Part shown: one piece after another, positions 21,702-33,488 of the stretch
Layout: every line of letters starts with the position of its first letter
Numbering within the stretch: position 1 is the stretch's first letter
Assembly (NCBI GenBank): GCA_002269645.1
Contig: NIVC01000094.1
Coordinates: forward strand, 1-64,000
Direction of reading: 5' to 3'
DNA from: Macrostomum lignano
Taxonomy: Eukaryota
DNA: 64,000 nucleotides
Position numbers and translations under genes: made by a program
Notes under the pieces: generated by a model
The model's input: only the letters and a program-made list of their open reading frames with translations
Told to the model about the DNA's origin: nothing
The model's database searches: none

Positions 21702-22477
21702 ATCCTTCTCGTGCTTTATGGCTGCAGATTTTAAAATTCATGAATTCCGGCCTCTCTGAAGAGTACCAGGGCCAGAAGAAACGCGGAAAGAAGGACGAAT
21801 GAAGAAAGCTCCGACCACCGCCCCTATGATTCGGGAACCAAATCCCAGCTCCCTCCAGTTTTCATCTCTTTCCCTTTTCATCTCGCCCTCTCCCATTTGC
21901 CTCGGCTTCATTTCTCTTCTGCACGCAAAGAGAATCGCATAAAAAGTAAGAGAAAGAGAGGGCGAGTGGCACAACCGCACTCAGTGAGAGATGAGCACTG
22001 AGGACGAACGAGTGAATGAGAGGGGCCGAGGAAGGAGCTGTCGCTCCTCCACCATTCCTATTCCATGCAGTTTTTGCGGGCTTCGACATCTATTGAGAGC
22101 AGGACAGGCCTGAGAGGATGCACCATTTCCCATCCATCCCATAGTGAATGCAGGCTCACAATATTTCCCCCGGAGACTGGGGATTTCGAGCTCGGAAGGA
22201 TTATTTCCCTGATCCCCATCCCGTTGCACTCCTTTTTGGAGTGAAAGCCTAGTCGGCATCTTCAATAACATCTGCCGCGATCTGTTCTTGAATGGCTGTC
22301 TGATGCTAATCTGGACTATTCTTCTATTTTTCACTATGATTTGAAAGAGAATGCTTCGAGGTATTTTTTCTCTGCTTGATGCATGGCAATTTGGATATTT
22401 TCCCTGATAGGATCTGTTCAAAGCGATGTTGAAATGTCTTCTAAAAATGAAAAATGATTTTTTTGCATGCTTTTACA

Positions 22478-24360
22478 GGGAGTACGAGATCTGCTAGCAG
22501 GAAATCTGCTAGCCGAAGTTTGCTAGCGAGAAATTTGCTTGCCGAAATCTGCTAGCCGAAGTTTGCTAGCCGAAATGTGCTAGCCGAAATCTGCTAGCCG
22601 AAGTTTGCTAGCCGAAATGTGCTAGCCGAAATCTGCTAGCCGAAGTTTGCTAGCCGAAATGTGCTAGCCGAAATGTGCTAGCCGAAATCTGCTAGCCGAA
22701 GTTTGCCAGCCGAAATCTGCTAGCCGAAATGTGCTAGCCGAAGTTTGCTAGCCGAAATGTGCTAGCCGAAATGTGCTAGCCGAAATCTGCTAGCCGAAGT
22801 TTGCCAGCCGAAATCTGCTAGCCGAAATGTGCTAGCCGAAGTTTGCTAGCCGAAGTTTGCCAGCCGAAATCTGCTAGCCGAAATGTGCTAGCCGAAGTTT
22901 GCTAGCCGAAGTTTGCCAGCCGAAATCTGCTAGCCGAAATGTGCTAGCCGAAGTTTGCTAGCCGAAATGTGCTAGCCGAAGTTTGCTAGCAGGAATTTTG
23001 CTAGCGAGGATTTTGCTAGCCGAAATCTGCTAGCAGGAATTTTGCTGGCAAGGATTTTGCTAGCTGCCTTGCTCTCGTAGCTGTTGCATGTTATTTGCTG
23101 TGTTTTGATTCCGATTTGAGCTGCTTTGATTCGTACGAGTAATTATATAACTTATATACCATATACTGCCATATACTTATATACTGCCACTACCAGCCAT
23201 TAAGACTGAAAGTTGTGTGTATAGATAAGTTTAAATTTAACTACCTGAACTACAGCTGCCTGAGCTACCTGAACTACGGCCTTACAGCTGATAATGCTAA
23301 AACATTATCAAATGTCAAATATCAAAGTGCAAACGTTTTTTTGCAACCCATGTCAATAGATTGACTTGTTTCCAGGCAATGGTATTGCATGGTTTTGGCT
23401 AAAAATGGTCAAGAGAAGTGGTTAAAAATCCCAAATCTTTTTATAACTAAAAACCATATCTGATAAATAATTGCTGTAAAAAGCCAAAATGTCTACATTT
23501 TATGATTGCATTGTTGGGCACACTTATAATTTTATTTTAGCCCGCGATCGGCCTCTTTCTAAACACTTAAAAAAGAAAATCGGTCATTTATCTTGACCAA
23601 AGTAGCCACATTTTAAAAGGTGTTAAGAAGAATAGAATTAACAAGCACATTTTGTATATAAATTACATTCAGATTCTTGTCATACGAGTGCTAGCTACAA
23701 GGAAATTTCTGATTTAGTAATTTCTAATTGCATTATATTACGATACAACAATGCAGGCTGCAATTAGTATTATATATTGCAATTTGAAGATCACTGCTAA
23801 TAAGCACGATAAAGAGAGTCATTAGAGCGAAAAACGCAAATTTATTTGTCCTGCATGATAAGTCCTGCAAAGTTTCTTGCGAAATTGGGCAAGAAAAAAT
23901 GTCTCTAGCAAATTACAACTTCGTAAATTGCTGTTCGCCGGTTTTGGTTATATTATCGCTAGCAGATTTCGGCTAGCAAAATCCTCGCTAGCAAAATTCC
24001 TGCTAGCAAACTTCGGCTAGCAGATTTCGGCTAGCAGATTTCGGCTAGCACATTTCGGCTAGCACACTTCGGCTAGCAAACTTCGGCTAGCAGATTTCGG
24101 CTAGCACATTTCGGCTAGCACACTTCGGCTAGCACACTTCGGCTAGCAAACTTCGGCTAGCAGATTTCGGCTAGCACATTTCGGCTAGCAAACTTCGGCT
24201 AGCAGATTTCGGCTAGCACACTTCGGCTAGCAAACTTCGGCTAGCAGATTTCGGCTAGCACATTTCGGCTAGCAAACTTCGGCTAGCAGATTTCGGCAAG
24301 CAAATTTCTCGCTAGCAAACTTCGGCTAGCAGATTTCCTGCTAGCAAATTTCATAGACCC
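22478..24360. mobile_element. Foldback-type non-autonomous DNA transposon (1883 bp), long TIRs built from a 14-bp tandem unit, 9-bp TSD
   Basis: Left arm 22478 to about 23034 and right arm about 23959-24360 are reverse complements (GCTAGCCGAAATCT arrays, GGG...CCC termini). Identical GCTTTTACA flanks at 22469-22477 and 24361-24369. About 0.9 kb AT-rich core. Confidence 0.92.
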
Positions 24361-24886
24361 GCTTTTACAATTACGGAGCGTCATACCAAAACCGAAAGAT
24401 ATTTTTTATCAAAGCGCAAAATAAAATGCGCCTGTTTTAAAATTTCTACTGCAAGTAAAACACCCGGCATATTTTTCTTCAAGTTTCAGATAGGAAAGAG
24501 CGGAGATGAAAGCAGATAGAGTATTTTTTAAACTCTGCCCCAGGTAACGGGCCTTTTTGAGTACTCTTTTGAATGGCCGAGTGGATTGGACAGACAGAAG
24601 TGTAGGGTGTTTGGGCTACAGGGTAAGGATAGGGTTAGGGAGGTATAGAAAAATTGTACTAGAAAGTGAACGAGGAGGTTGGGTTGTAAGAAAAGCAAGT
24701 TCGTTTTGTGTACCAAGAGGCTGAACATACAAGCGCTAATAAGGCGTTGCATGGCAACTGAGAGGGGGAGATAGTACAGCGATGCAGGCCAAGAGAGTAT
24801 TTTTGCTTGCCCTCGACCAGCTCAGACCAGCTCAGACTAGCCACACATCGGAACTATTCCTAGGCTTTTCTAATCAACAGTAAAAT

Positions 24887-26398
24887 ATGCTTTGTTTCCG
24901 GCTTATATTGTCGTTAGCCCTGCTTGCCACTTGGTTCGGATCTGGAAATGCAGCAAACAAACTCGAAATACTGCGCCAGAGGATTCGCAACGATGAGCGA
25001 CGGCTGAGCAAGGACTTCAACGCGCTGCAGGCAATGATGCTTTCAGGGACCATCAAAAATGCACCTGTGAGAAACTGGGGTCCCAGAGCGACTCAGCGAC
25101 CTTATTACAGGCCGCAGCCTGTCCTGCCGGCAAATGCACCTGTGAGAAATTGGGGTCCCAGAGCGACTCAGCGTCCTTATTACAGGCGGCACCCAGCTGT
25201 TCTACCGACAAATGCACCTGTGAGAAACTGGGGTCCCAGAGCGACTCAGCGTCCTTATTACAGGCCGCAGCCTGTCCTGCCGACAAATGCACCTGTGAGA
25301 AATTGGGGTCCCAGAGCGACTCAGCGTCCTTATTACAGGCCGCAGCCTGTCCTGCCGACAAATGCACCTGTGAGAAATTGGGGTCCCAGAGCGACTCAGC
25401 GTCCTTATTACAGGCCGCACCCTGTCCTGCCGACAAATGCACCTGTGAGAAATTGGGGTCCCAGAGCGACTCAGCGTCCTTATTACAGGCCGCACCCTGT
25501 CCTGCCGACAAATGCACCTGTGAGAAACTGGGGTCCCAGAGCGACTCAGCGTCCTTATTACAGACCGCAGATTGCCATGCCGACAAATGCACCTGTGAGA
25601 AATTGGGGTCCCAGAGCGACTCAGCGTCCTTATTACAGACCGCAGATTGCCATGCCGACAAATGCACCTGTGAGAAATTGGGGTCCCAGAGCGACTCAGC
25701 GTCCTTATTACAGACCGCAGATTGCCATGCCGACAAATGCACCTGTGAGAAATTGGGGTCCCAGAGCGACTCAGCGTCCTTATTACAGACCGCAGATTGC
25801 CATGCCGACAAATGCACCTGTGAGAAATTGGGGTCCCAGAGCGACTCAGCGTCCTTATTACAGACCGCAGATTGCCATGCCGACAAATGCACCTGGCCCG
25901 TCCCAGCGAAAACCTAATTCTAATTGGCAGTCTCGAAACAGCCCGACTAAAATCACAAATACTATTGGACAAACCGACCGGAATGTCAATCGTGTCAAAG
26001 CAGGCCGACCAAATGTCGCCAGCACGCCGAGCAGCAAAATCTTCATTCAAAAAACATACAATGTGCACGGCCGTTACCAAGTGACCCAAATCGTTCGGAA
26101 TAGTACAAATACCAACAGCAGCATTTTTGTGCACTACGTCTGCAACAGTCGGGGCGTCTGCGTCCGTCACTACACCGTAGGCTTCTACTCCACTGTGTCC
26201 GTCGGTGGAGTTGTCCTGCTCATGCTCATTATCTGTGCTGCCGTCATCGTTCGCCGCAGGCGATTGGTTGTTCAGCAGTACTCTGTCCTGTCTGACACGG
26301 ATGCTCAGCACATGATGGGTGGCACTATGAGAGTTGGCCCCCTGCCCGGCCAGGGGCTGTCCGTGCAGAGCGACCCGGTGATCGTGGGCCAAGTCTGA
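24887..26398 (+). CDS. Type I membrane protein C with eleven 25-aa Arg/Tyr/Pro-rich repeats (503 aa)
   Basis: Signal peptide MLCFRLILSLALLATWFGSG, 11 x NAPVRNWGPRATQRPYYRP(Q/H)(PVL/IAM)PT, unique Ser/Thr/Asn region, C-x5-C, TM VSVGGVVLLMLIICAAVIV, RRRR stop-transfer, YSVL tail. Unique coherent flanks on both sides of the repeat support a real gene. Confidence 0.85.
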   Translation: MLCFRLILSLALLATWFGSGNAANKLEILRQRIRNDERRLSKDFNALQAMMLSGTIKNAPVRNWGPRATQRPYYRPQPVLPANAPVRNWGPRATQRPYYRRHPAVLPTNAPVRNWGPRATQRPYYRPQPVLPTNAPVRNWGPRATQRPYYRPQPVLPTNAPVRNWGPRATQRPYYRPHPVLPTNAPVRNWGPRATQRPYYRPHPVLPTNAPVRNWGPRATQRPYYRPQIAMPTNAPVRNWGPRATQRPYYRPQIAMPTNAPVRNWGPRATQRPYYRPQIAMPTNAPVRNWGPRATQRPYYRPQIAMPTNAPVRNWGPRATQRPYYRPQIAMPTNAPGPSQRKPNSNWQSRNSPTKITNTIGQTDRNVNRVKAGRPNVASTPSSKIFIQKTYNVHGRYQVTQIVRNSTNTNSSIFVHYVCNSRGVCVRHYTVGFYSTVSVGGVVLLMLIICAAVIVRRRRLVVQQYSVLSDTDAQHMMGGTMRVGPLPGQGLSVQSDPVIVGQV

Positions 26399-27467
26399 TG
26401 CAGCAGCTAGGCAGAGAAAGTGAGCCCCAAAATATTTTCCATCCTATTTATTAGAAAAAAAACTACATTACAATACACTCACCGTTCATGACACTTTTCT
26501 TACCTTGTACTGTTTCAGAAAAGCACTAAAGGCGCTGACCAGCATGTTGAATTGCGTTCAAAAAGTTCAACGCGATCAAGAAACTTTTTCACTCGAGTAT
26601 CTGATAGAGTTACGATTGGAGTTTTGAAGTAGACATGAGAGAATAACTATAACTATACTTTTTATATGTAGCTTTATTAGTACTTTGTGCACTCAAAATG
26701 TACTTTTAAACGAATTTCGATTCCACAATAACAAATAGTGAATCTTAGTTGATGACTCCAATTTTGTACCTGCCCCTGAAAGAAAATCTTTCCCTGATGA
26801 TGATGATAGCTTTTCCTGTTGCAGGCCTTGCCATACTTTCTAACAAGTTTGAAATGTACTTTTTATCATTCTACTGCTGGAGTAGAACTTGCCACCAACT
26901 TTTGAAAAAATAAATTAGTTAATTATCAAAATCAAAGCAAGCAAACCCTGAAATTGCGTCATTTATTTAAACTACTGTCCGCTATTTTTAGCTGCAACAT
27001 TGTGAGAACTATCTGAGTACGGCTAACGGCGCAGGTCAGGCACCGAAGTACGCACCACCTGCAATGCGCCCCCCTCCCACCCTATAGGGCTCAGAAATTC
27101 AGAGGAATAAACCTGCAAGGAAGCAAAGACTAATTAAGGGGCTGGAAGAGGTAAGGTAGAGGAAATTTGAGTAGGCACACGGGAAGAGCTAGAACAATCG
27201 AAGTAGGCTGAGCCTACAATTGCACACGCAGTGCATGGCAAAGCTACAGTAGCTCCCATCCATTTCAGTCAGAAATCAAAGGCGAGGTGACAATTTGACC
27301 TGGACGGCTGACAGGCGGAGAGGAGGCCCGCACAGGAGGACAGTAAACGAACGCAGAACTGCATTGAGCTCCCCCCAGATGCTCTAACGCAACCAGAGCA
27401 AATCCGCTAAGTCAAACCGTCTAGCCCTTGGTCGCCCACGTAGTTACGGGCATGTCCAGTGCTGTTT

Positions 27468-27630
27468 TGTGTTAGGGAAGCGGTTCTCCACCTCATTGTT
27501 AGGGAAGCGGTTCTCCACCTCATTGTTAGGGAAGCGGTTCTCCACCTCATTGTTAGGGAAGCGGTTCTCCACCTCATTGTTAGGGAAGCGGTTCTCCACC
27601 TCATTGTTAGGGAAGCGGTTCTCCACCTCA
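27468..27630 (+). repeat. 27-bp minisatellite (TGTTAGGGAAGCGGTTCTCCACCTCAT) x6
   Basis: Perfect tandem copies. Confidence 0.95.
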
Positions 27631-30035
27631 TCGGCGGCAGGGGATGAAATTGTAGGAAATCTATAAAGTGTACTGTTTTGAGCCCTATAAAGCGGCAAAT
27701 TCCCCGGCTTTGGTTAAGAGTTGCACTCAAAATCTTTCCGAGTGACTCAAGTTCTTTAAGGCGCTAGCAAAGACCAGCCTTAGGCGATCTCTATTTTAAG
27801 TCTCTATAAGACCTAGGCAGAACTGCATCGAGATCTTATAAGAAGACAGAGCTTACACACCCTTTACCATCGCCTGACAACAGTACAAGTACAAAGTTGA
27901 ATAGGCGAGTGAGAAAATCTTTCACACTTTTAAAGAGTGAAATAAAATGAATGATGCAGACAAGACACTCTTGCCCTTTATTAATCCTGCCCCGAGCTCG
28001 TCATGCAGCTGAGACCTGTTGCTGCAAGTGATGAAAGCCCATGCATGCAGTCAGAATTTGATACATGGGTCTTCTTCGAATTTAATTCATTGTTTTTTTC
28101 TTAGAGGGCAGAAGGTGATAATGTCACAAAATAATCTCTCGTATTTAGTGGTTTACTAAAATTGCAAAATGCATTATCAAATTTTTGTGCGTAAAGCTAG
28201 TTAATAGTGCTAAAAATAGTTTGGTGAGGGGAAAAGACAAACGAGTGTGGTGATTCCATTATTTTCACTAATTCGATTGTTTTAAAGAATCTGCTCTAGC
28301 TTTTTTGCCACAGAAGCTTTAAACATTTTTTCAATATTTGATCGTGCTATAGTTACGTCCTGATACATGTAAACTTTTAGATTTTCTAGGGTCCTTTTGA
28401 CGGTTTTTACGAAGGAAAAATAGTGCAAACGCTCGTTTACACTACAATCACACTATTGTATCTTGTACATCAATTTTGATTCCTTCATGCATTTCAAACG
28501 TCGTGAAATTATGTGGCTCATAGATGGCAGACGTGTGAATGAGCCCTAAACGCACTTGAAATACATGGAATTGCAATATAAAATTCATTTGTCTAAAGTA
28601 AATGACGTTGGATTTTTTTCAAATGTTTCTTTGTTTGTTGCAAAGGCTACAAAGACCGATTGTTTTTACTCTTTGATTTATTATAATTTTGCTAACGAAA
28701 TTTTAAATTGTTTGTTTCGAGGAAAACCAAATCACATTATTCTTATTCTTATTTACTCCGTCTGATTTATAGTTTAATAGCCTGATGGATTAGTAATTTA
28801 GTAAGGCCTAATAACTATAATTAATAACTGTAAATTATTACAATACTCTCTGTGCTAAGTACGCTTGCTTGCTTACTCTAACAAAATTTTGCGTTAATGC
28901 GTTCAGGATATCATAACATTCACGGGGTGCAAATGCATCCAAATCGAGAGAATTCTAGATTGGAGCGTTGGCCGTTGGGAGGGGGCAGAATTCTAAGAAT
29001 TCTACAATACAAATTTAGAGGCTATAACTAACTGAATTGGGGGTTGACCTATGGGGCATGGGCCCTGACCCGACACTTTTTTTCCAGATTGGCATTAACA
29101 TTCAACTAAATGAAGGTGCAAACTTGTGATTGTCTATCAGCATCACCTATCTTTTCTTGAGATATAATCCTGTTCCTATAAGCTATCCTAAAATAAAAAT
29201 GCATGCTTTGCCTAAGAAAAAATATTTTAATGAAAAATGGTTTTATTCCTAATTTTATTTCTAATCAGTGGCTGTGATCCCCAACCAGGGGATGGGGATG
29301 GTTGCCCCCTTTTAGGCAGAGACTGGAAAAAAATTAAAGGGGGGACCAAGCGAATTTTCCCCAAAAACAGAGCCACCCCTCTGCCCCCCCCTCCCAGGTC
29401 TTTACTCTCCAGAATCTGCCCCCTTAAAAATTTCTGGTTGTGTTACTATCTTATAAGTATAAGTTATATCTTTATCTTTTATATTTAATTTGTCTAAAAA
29501 ATTCTATTTGTCATTTAAAATTGAAGGTTATTAGGAAAATTTTTATTTATTTATTTCTTATTTATATTTAATTTAACCAACTCAATTTAATAAAAGCCTT
29601 TTTAATTATTTACAACATAATTATTATAAAAATGAGTAGTGCTAGGCTTTATTAAGCCGTATATATATATGTATATTAGGTCTGTGTTAGTTTTGTGTTA
29701 TGTGTATATATATTTATATTCTTATCTCTTAATGCTATAGGGCCTTTATTTATTTCCTATTTATAATTGAATTTTAATCAAAATTCTGAAATTATACAGA
29801 TACATCTTCAATTTTGTTATTTATCCTTTGTTTATTACAAGTTATACTAGCTAGATAAATATAGCAATCACCCAATATATAATTAAAAGAAGTAGATTTA
29901 AAGAATGAAGGTAAAATAATAAAACTTTGAACCAATTTTTGTTAGATTTGTTTCTTTATTAGTGCTTTCTACTAAAAAAGAAATTTGATAATTTTTAGAA
30001 TACATTTGAATTTTTTCTTAATTGCATGCAATGAA

Positions 30036-30238
30036 ATGCTTGCTCAACTTGTTGCACCAATGCTACGGCTTCAGTCTATCTGGAGTAGCCACACTATGAT
30101 GGCTGCTCTTCCCTTTGCCTCTACTTGTGCCACATCTTTTTACCAATCTGCACTCAGACAGAATTCACTTCTGTCTGCTGCGCCAGCATGTCTGAGCTTT
30201 GGGCACCAACAGATTAGAGGCCTTAAGTACTATGACAA
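30036..30238 (+). CDS. MRPL36: Mitochondrial ribosomal protein bL36m, exon 1 (targeting presequence)
   Basis: MLAQLVAPMLRLQ...QQIRGLKYYD: acid-poor presequence ending in RG. Donor AA|GTGAGT at 30239, phase 2. Confidence 0.85.
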
Positions 30239-30577
30239 GTGAGTTCGAAATTTGCAACTAATTAATTGCAGCAATATATACACTGAAATCTGCCAGAGAT
30301 TCACCCTGAGATCCACCTTCCCACCCCAGAGATTCACTCTGAGATCCGCCCTCCCCACCCCAGAGATTCACTTAGATCTACCCTCCCCACCCCAGAAATT
30401 CACTCTGAAATTCGCCCTCCATGCCCTAGAGATTCACTCTGAGATCCGCCCTCCCCACCCCAGAGATTCACCCTGAGATCCGCCCTCCACCCAGAGATTC
30501 ACCGCTGAGATTCACCCTCCCCACCCCAGAGATTCACTCTGAGATCCGCCCTCCCCACCCCAGAGATTCACCCTGAG

Positions 30578-31188
30578 CCCTATTGGAATAAATGTTGAAA
30601 ACCCGCGGACGCGCGCTTTAGAATAGAGTCAAATTATTTTCCCGCGCTTTAGGATAATTAGAGATGTCCCGAAAGAGCAGTTTCCTCGAAATCAAAATTC
30701 GTTAACTTTCCAAACTCAAAATTGAAATTTTCCGAAATCAAAACGCAGAAAAACAAAGTTTAGTATGACCAATACTCACTTTTTACATTCGATTTACTGC
30801 TTATGCAAAATGAAATACACGTAGATGTAGCAGAAATTACTGCTTTTTTAGCGATTTTTGACTTTTCGATTTTAGCTTCCAAATTTTGACTTCTAATTTT
30901 ATTCGAAATTGAAATTTGCTCTTAATAAAAATTCTAATTTTGGAAAATTCAAATTGAAATTTCGGAACATCTCTAAGCTTTATAAATTATAAGTGTATAG
31001 GCCCCTTCCACAGAGGTATTAGATGACCCCTTTCCATGCATATGTATTTGCTAGAGCAGCAGCCAGCAAGAAAAGGCAGCGCGCGCACGCCGCGCAGGCG
31101 CTGCGCGCCTGTGCGCGCGCCGCGCTTTAGAAAAATTTCAAAAGTGCGCCGGACGCCGTCCGCGGATTTACAACTTTTTCCTATAGGG
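30578..31188. mobile_element. MITE (611 bp) with about 33-bp imperfect TIRs and 8-bp TSD
   Basis: CCCTATTGGAATAAATGTTGAAAACCCGCGGACG vs reverse complement of the right end CCCTATAGGAAAAAGTTGTAAATCCGCGGACG. ACCCTGAG duplicated at 30570-30577 and 31189-31196. Confidence 0.85.
30659..30975. mobile_element. Nested hAT-like MITE (317 bp)
   Basis: 16-bp TIRs TAGAGATGT(C/T)CCGAAA with one mismatch. Flanks AGGATAAT/AGCTTTAT match 5 of 8. Confidence 0.55.
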
Positions 31189-32100
31189 ACCCTGAGATCC
31201 GCCCTCCCCACCCCAGAGATTCACCGCTGAGATTCACCCTCCCCACCCCAGAGATTCACTCTGAGATCCGCCCTCCCCACCCCAAAGATTTACTCTAAGA
31301 TCCGCCCTCCCCACCCCAGAGATTTACTCTGAGATTCACCCTCCCCACCCCAGAGATTTACTCTGAGATCCGCCCTCCCCACCCCAGAGATTTACCCTGA
31401 GATCCGCCCTCCCCACCCCAGAGATTTACTCTGAGATCCGCCCTCCCCACCCCAGAGATTTACTCTGAGATCCGCCCTCCCCACCCCAGAGATTCACTCT
31501 GAGATCCGCCCTCCCCACCCAGAGATTCACCGCTGAAATTCACCCTCCCCTCCCCAGAGATTCACTCTGAGATCCGCCCTCCCCACCCCAGAGATTTACT
31601 CTGAGATCCGCCCTCCCCACCCCAGAGATTTACTCTGAGATTCACCCTCCCCACCTTAGAGATTTACTCTGAGATCCGCCCTCCCCACCCCAGAGATTTA
31701 CTCTGAGATCCGCCCTCCCCACCCCAGAGATTTACCCTGAGATCCGCCCTCCCCACCCCAGAGATTTACTCTGAGATCCGCCCTCCCCACCCCAGAGATT
31801 CACTCTGAGATCCGCCCTCCCCACCCCAGAGATTCACCGCTGAAATTCACCCTCCCCACCCCAGAGATTCACTCTGAGATCCGCCCTCCCCACCCCAGAG
31901 ATTCACTCTGAGATCCGCCCTCCCCACCCCAGAGATTCACCGCTGAAATTCACCCTCCCCACCCCAGAGATTCACTCTGAGATCCGCCCTCCCCACCCCA
32001 GAGATTTACTCTGAGATCCGCCCTCCACCCAGAGATTCACCGCTGAGATTCACCCTCCCCACCCCAGAGATTCACTATGAGATCCGCCCTCCCCACCCAG

Positions 32101-32263
32101 GCTGCGCAAGCGCTGCCGGCACTGCTACTTCGAACGCAACCCGGCGGGCTTCCTGACCATCCAGTGCCCGATGCACCCGAGGCACAAGCAGCAGGAGAAG
32201 CCGCGGCCGCCCAGTCCCAAGTGGGCCTTCAAGCGGCACATTTACAAAAGCGTCAACTGGTGA
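32101..32263 (+). CDS. MRPL36: Mitochondrial ribosomal protein bL36m, exon 2
   Basis: CCCAG|G acceptor gives KLRKRCRHCYFERNPAGFLTIQCPMHPRHKQQEK...NW*, the L36 C-x2-C...C-x2-HPRHKQ zinc-ribbon signature. Total 121 aa. Confidence 0.93.
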
Positions 32264-32544
32264 CCGAATTGCAGGCATCTTAGTCATCGACTGCTCATGA
32301 TTATAACTGAATTCAGCTTGCAGTTCTAGTTTATCATTATTGTTATAAAAAACTTAAATATAAATCGTACGAAAATTTACGTTTCTCTTATAAATGCATT
32401 CGCGCCTGAAAGAAAGTTCCCGTTAGACTTTGATGACTTTTTTTTATTTCAAATTATTTATTATTGGCGAAACCGCCTCGTGTCTGTTTCTGTCATTGTC
32501 ATTTGAAATGTTTTCAATATGGCTAACATGGATAAGCTACATAA

Positions 32545-33488
32545 AACCAACACCACCACCAGCAGCCCATAGAGTGAACCCAACAACACCACAACTAACC
32601 CATAGAGTGAACCCAACACCACCACAACTAGCCCATCGAGTGAACCCAACACCACCACAACTAGCCCATCGAGTGAACCCAACACCACCACAACTAGCCC
32701 ATCGAGTGAACCCAACACCACCACAACTAGCCCATAGAGTGAACCCAACACCACCACAACTAGCCCATAGAGTGAACCCAACACCACCACAACTAGCCTA
32801 TAGAGTGAACCCAACACCACCACAACTAGCCCATAGAGTGAACCCAACACCACCACCAGAGTTCATAGAGTGAACCCAACACCAACCAGCAGCCAGTAGA
32901 GTGAACCCAACACCACCACCAGAAGTCCAACGAGTGAACCCAACACCACCACCAGAAGTCCAACGAGTGAACCCAACACCACCACAACTAGCTCATAGAG
33001 TGAACCCAACACCACCACCAGAGTTCATAGAGTGAACCCAACACCAACCAGCAGCCAGTAGAGTGAACCCAACACCACCACCAGAAGTCCAACGAGTGAA
33101 CCCAACACCACCACCAGAAGTCCAACGAGTGAACCCAACACCACCACCAGAAGTCCAACGAGTGAACCCAACACCACCACCAGAAGTCCAACGAGTGAAC
33201 CCAACACCACCAGATCAAGTCCAACGAGTGAACCCAACACCACCAGATCGTCCAGATCGAAGTCCATCGAGTGAACCCAGCAGCACCAAAAGTCCATCGA
33301 GTGAACCCAGCAGCACCAAAAGTCCATCGAGTGAACCCAGCAGCACCAAAAGTCCATCGAGTGAACCCAGCAGCACCAAAAGTCCATCGAGTGAACCCAG
33401 CAGCACCAAAAGTCCATCGAGTGAACCCAGCAGCACCAAAAGTCCATCGAGTGAACCCAGCAGCACCAAAAGTCCATCGAGTGAACCT
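32545..33488 (+). repeat. 33/30-bp minisatellite (AGAGTGAACCCAACACCACCACAACTAGCCCAT and variants)
   Basis: About 29 copies in successive variant blocks. Source of spurious ORFs. Confidence 0.95.

Larger units (their letters stand above)
30290..32100 (+). repeat. 34-bp minisatellite (CTGAGATCCGCCCTCCCCACCCCAGAGATTCACT), about 35 copies, filling the MRPL36 intron and interrupted by a MITE
   Basis: Direct inspection. The last unit provides the real 3' splice site. Confidence 0.95.

Noticed and set aside
28980-29424. Inverted pair AGGGGGCAGA(A)TTCT suggesting a MITE
   Set aside because: Short, no TSD, boundaries not definable.
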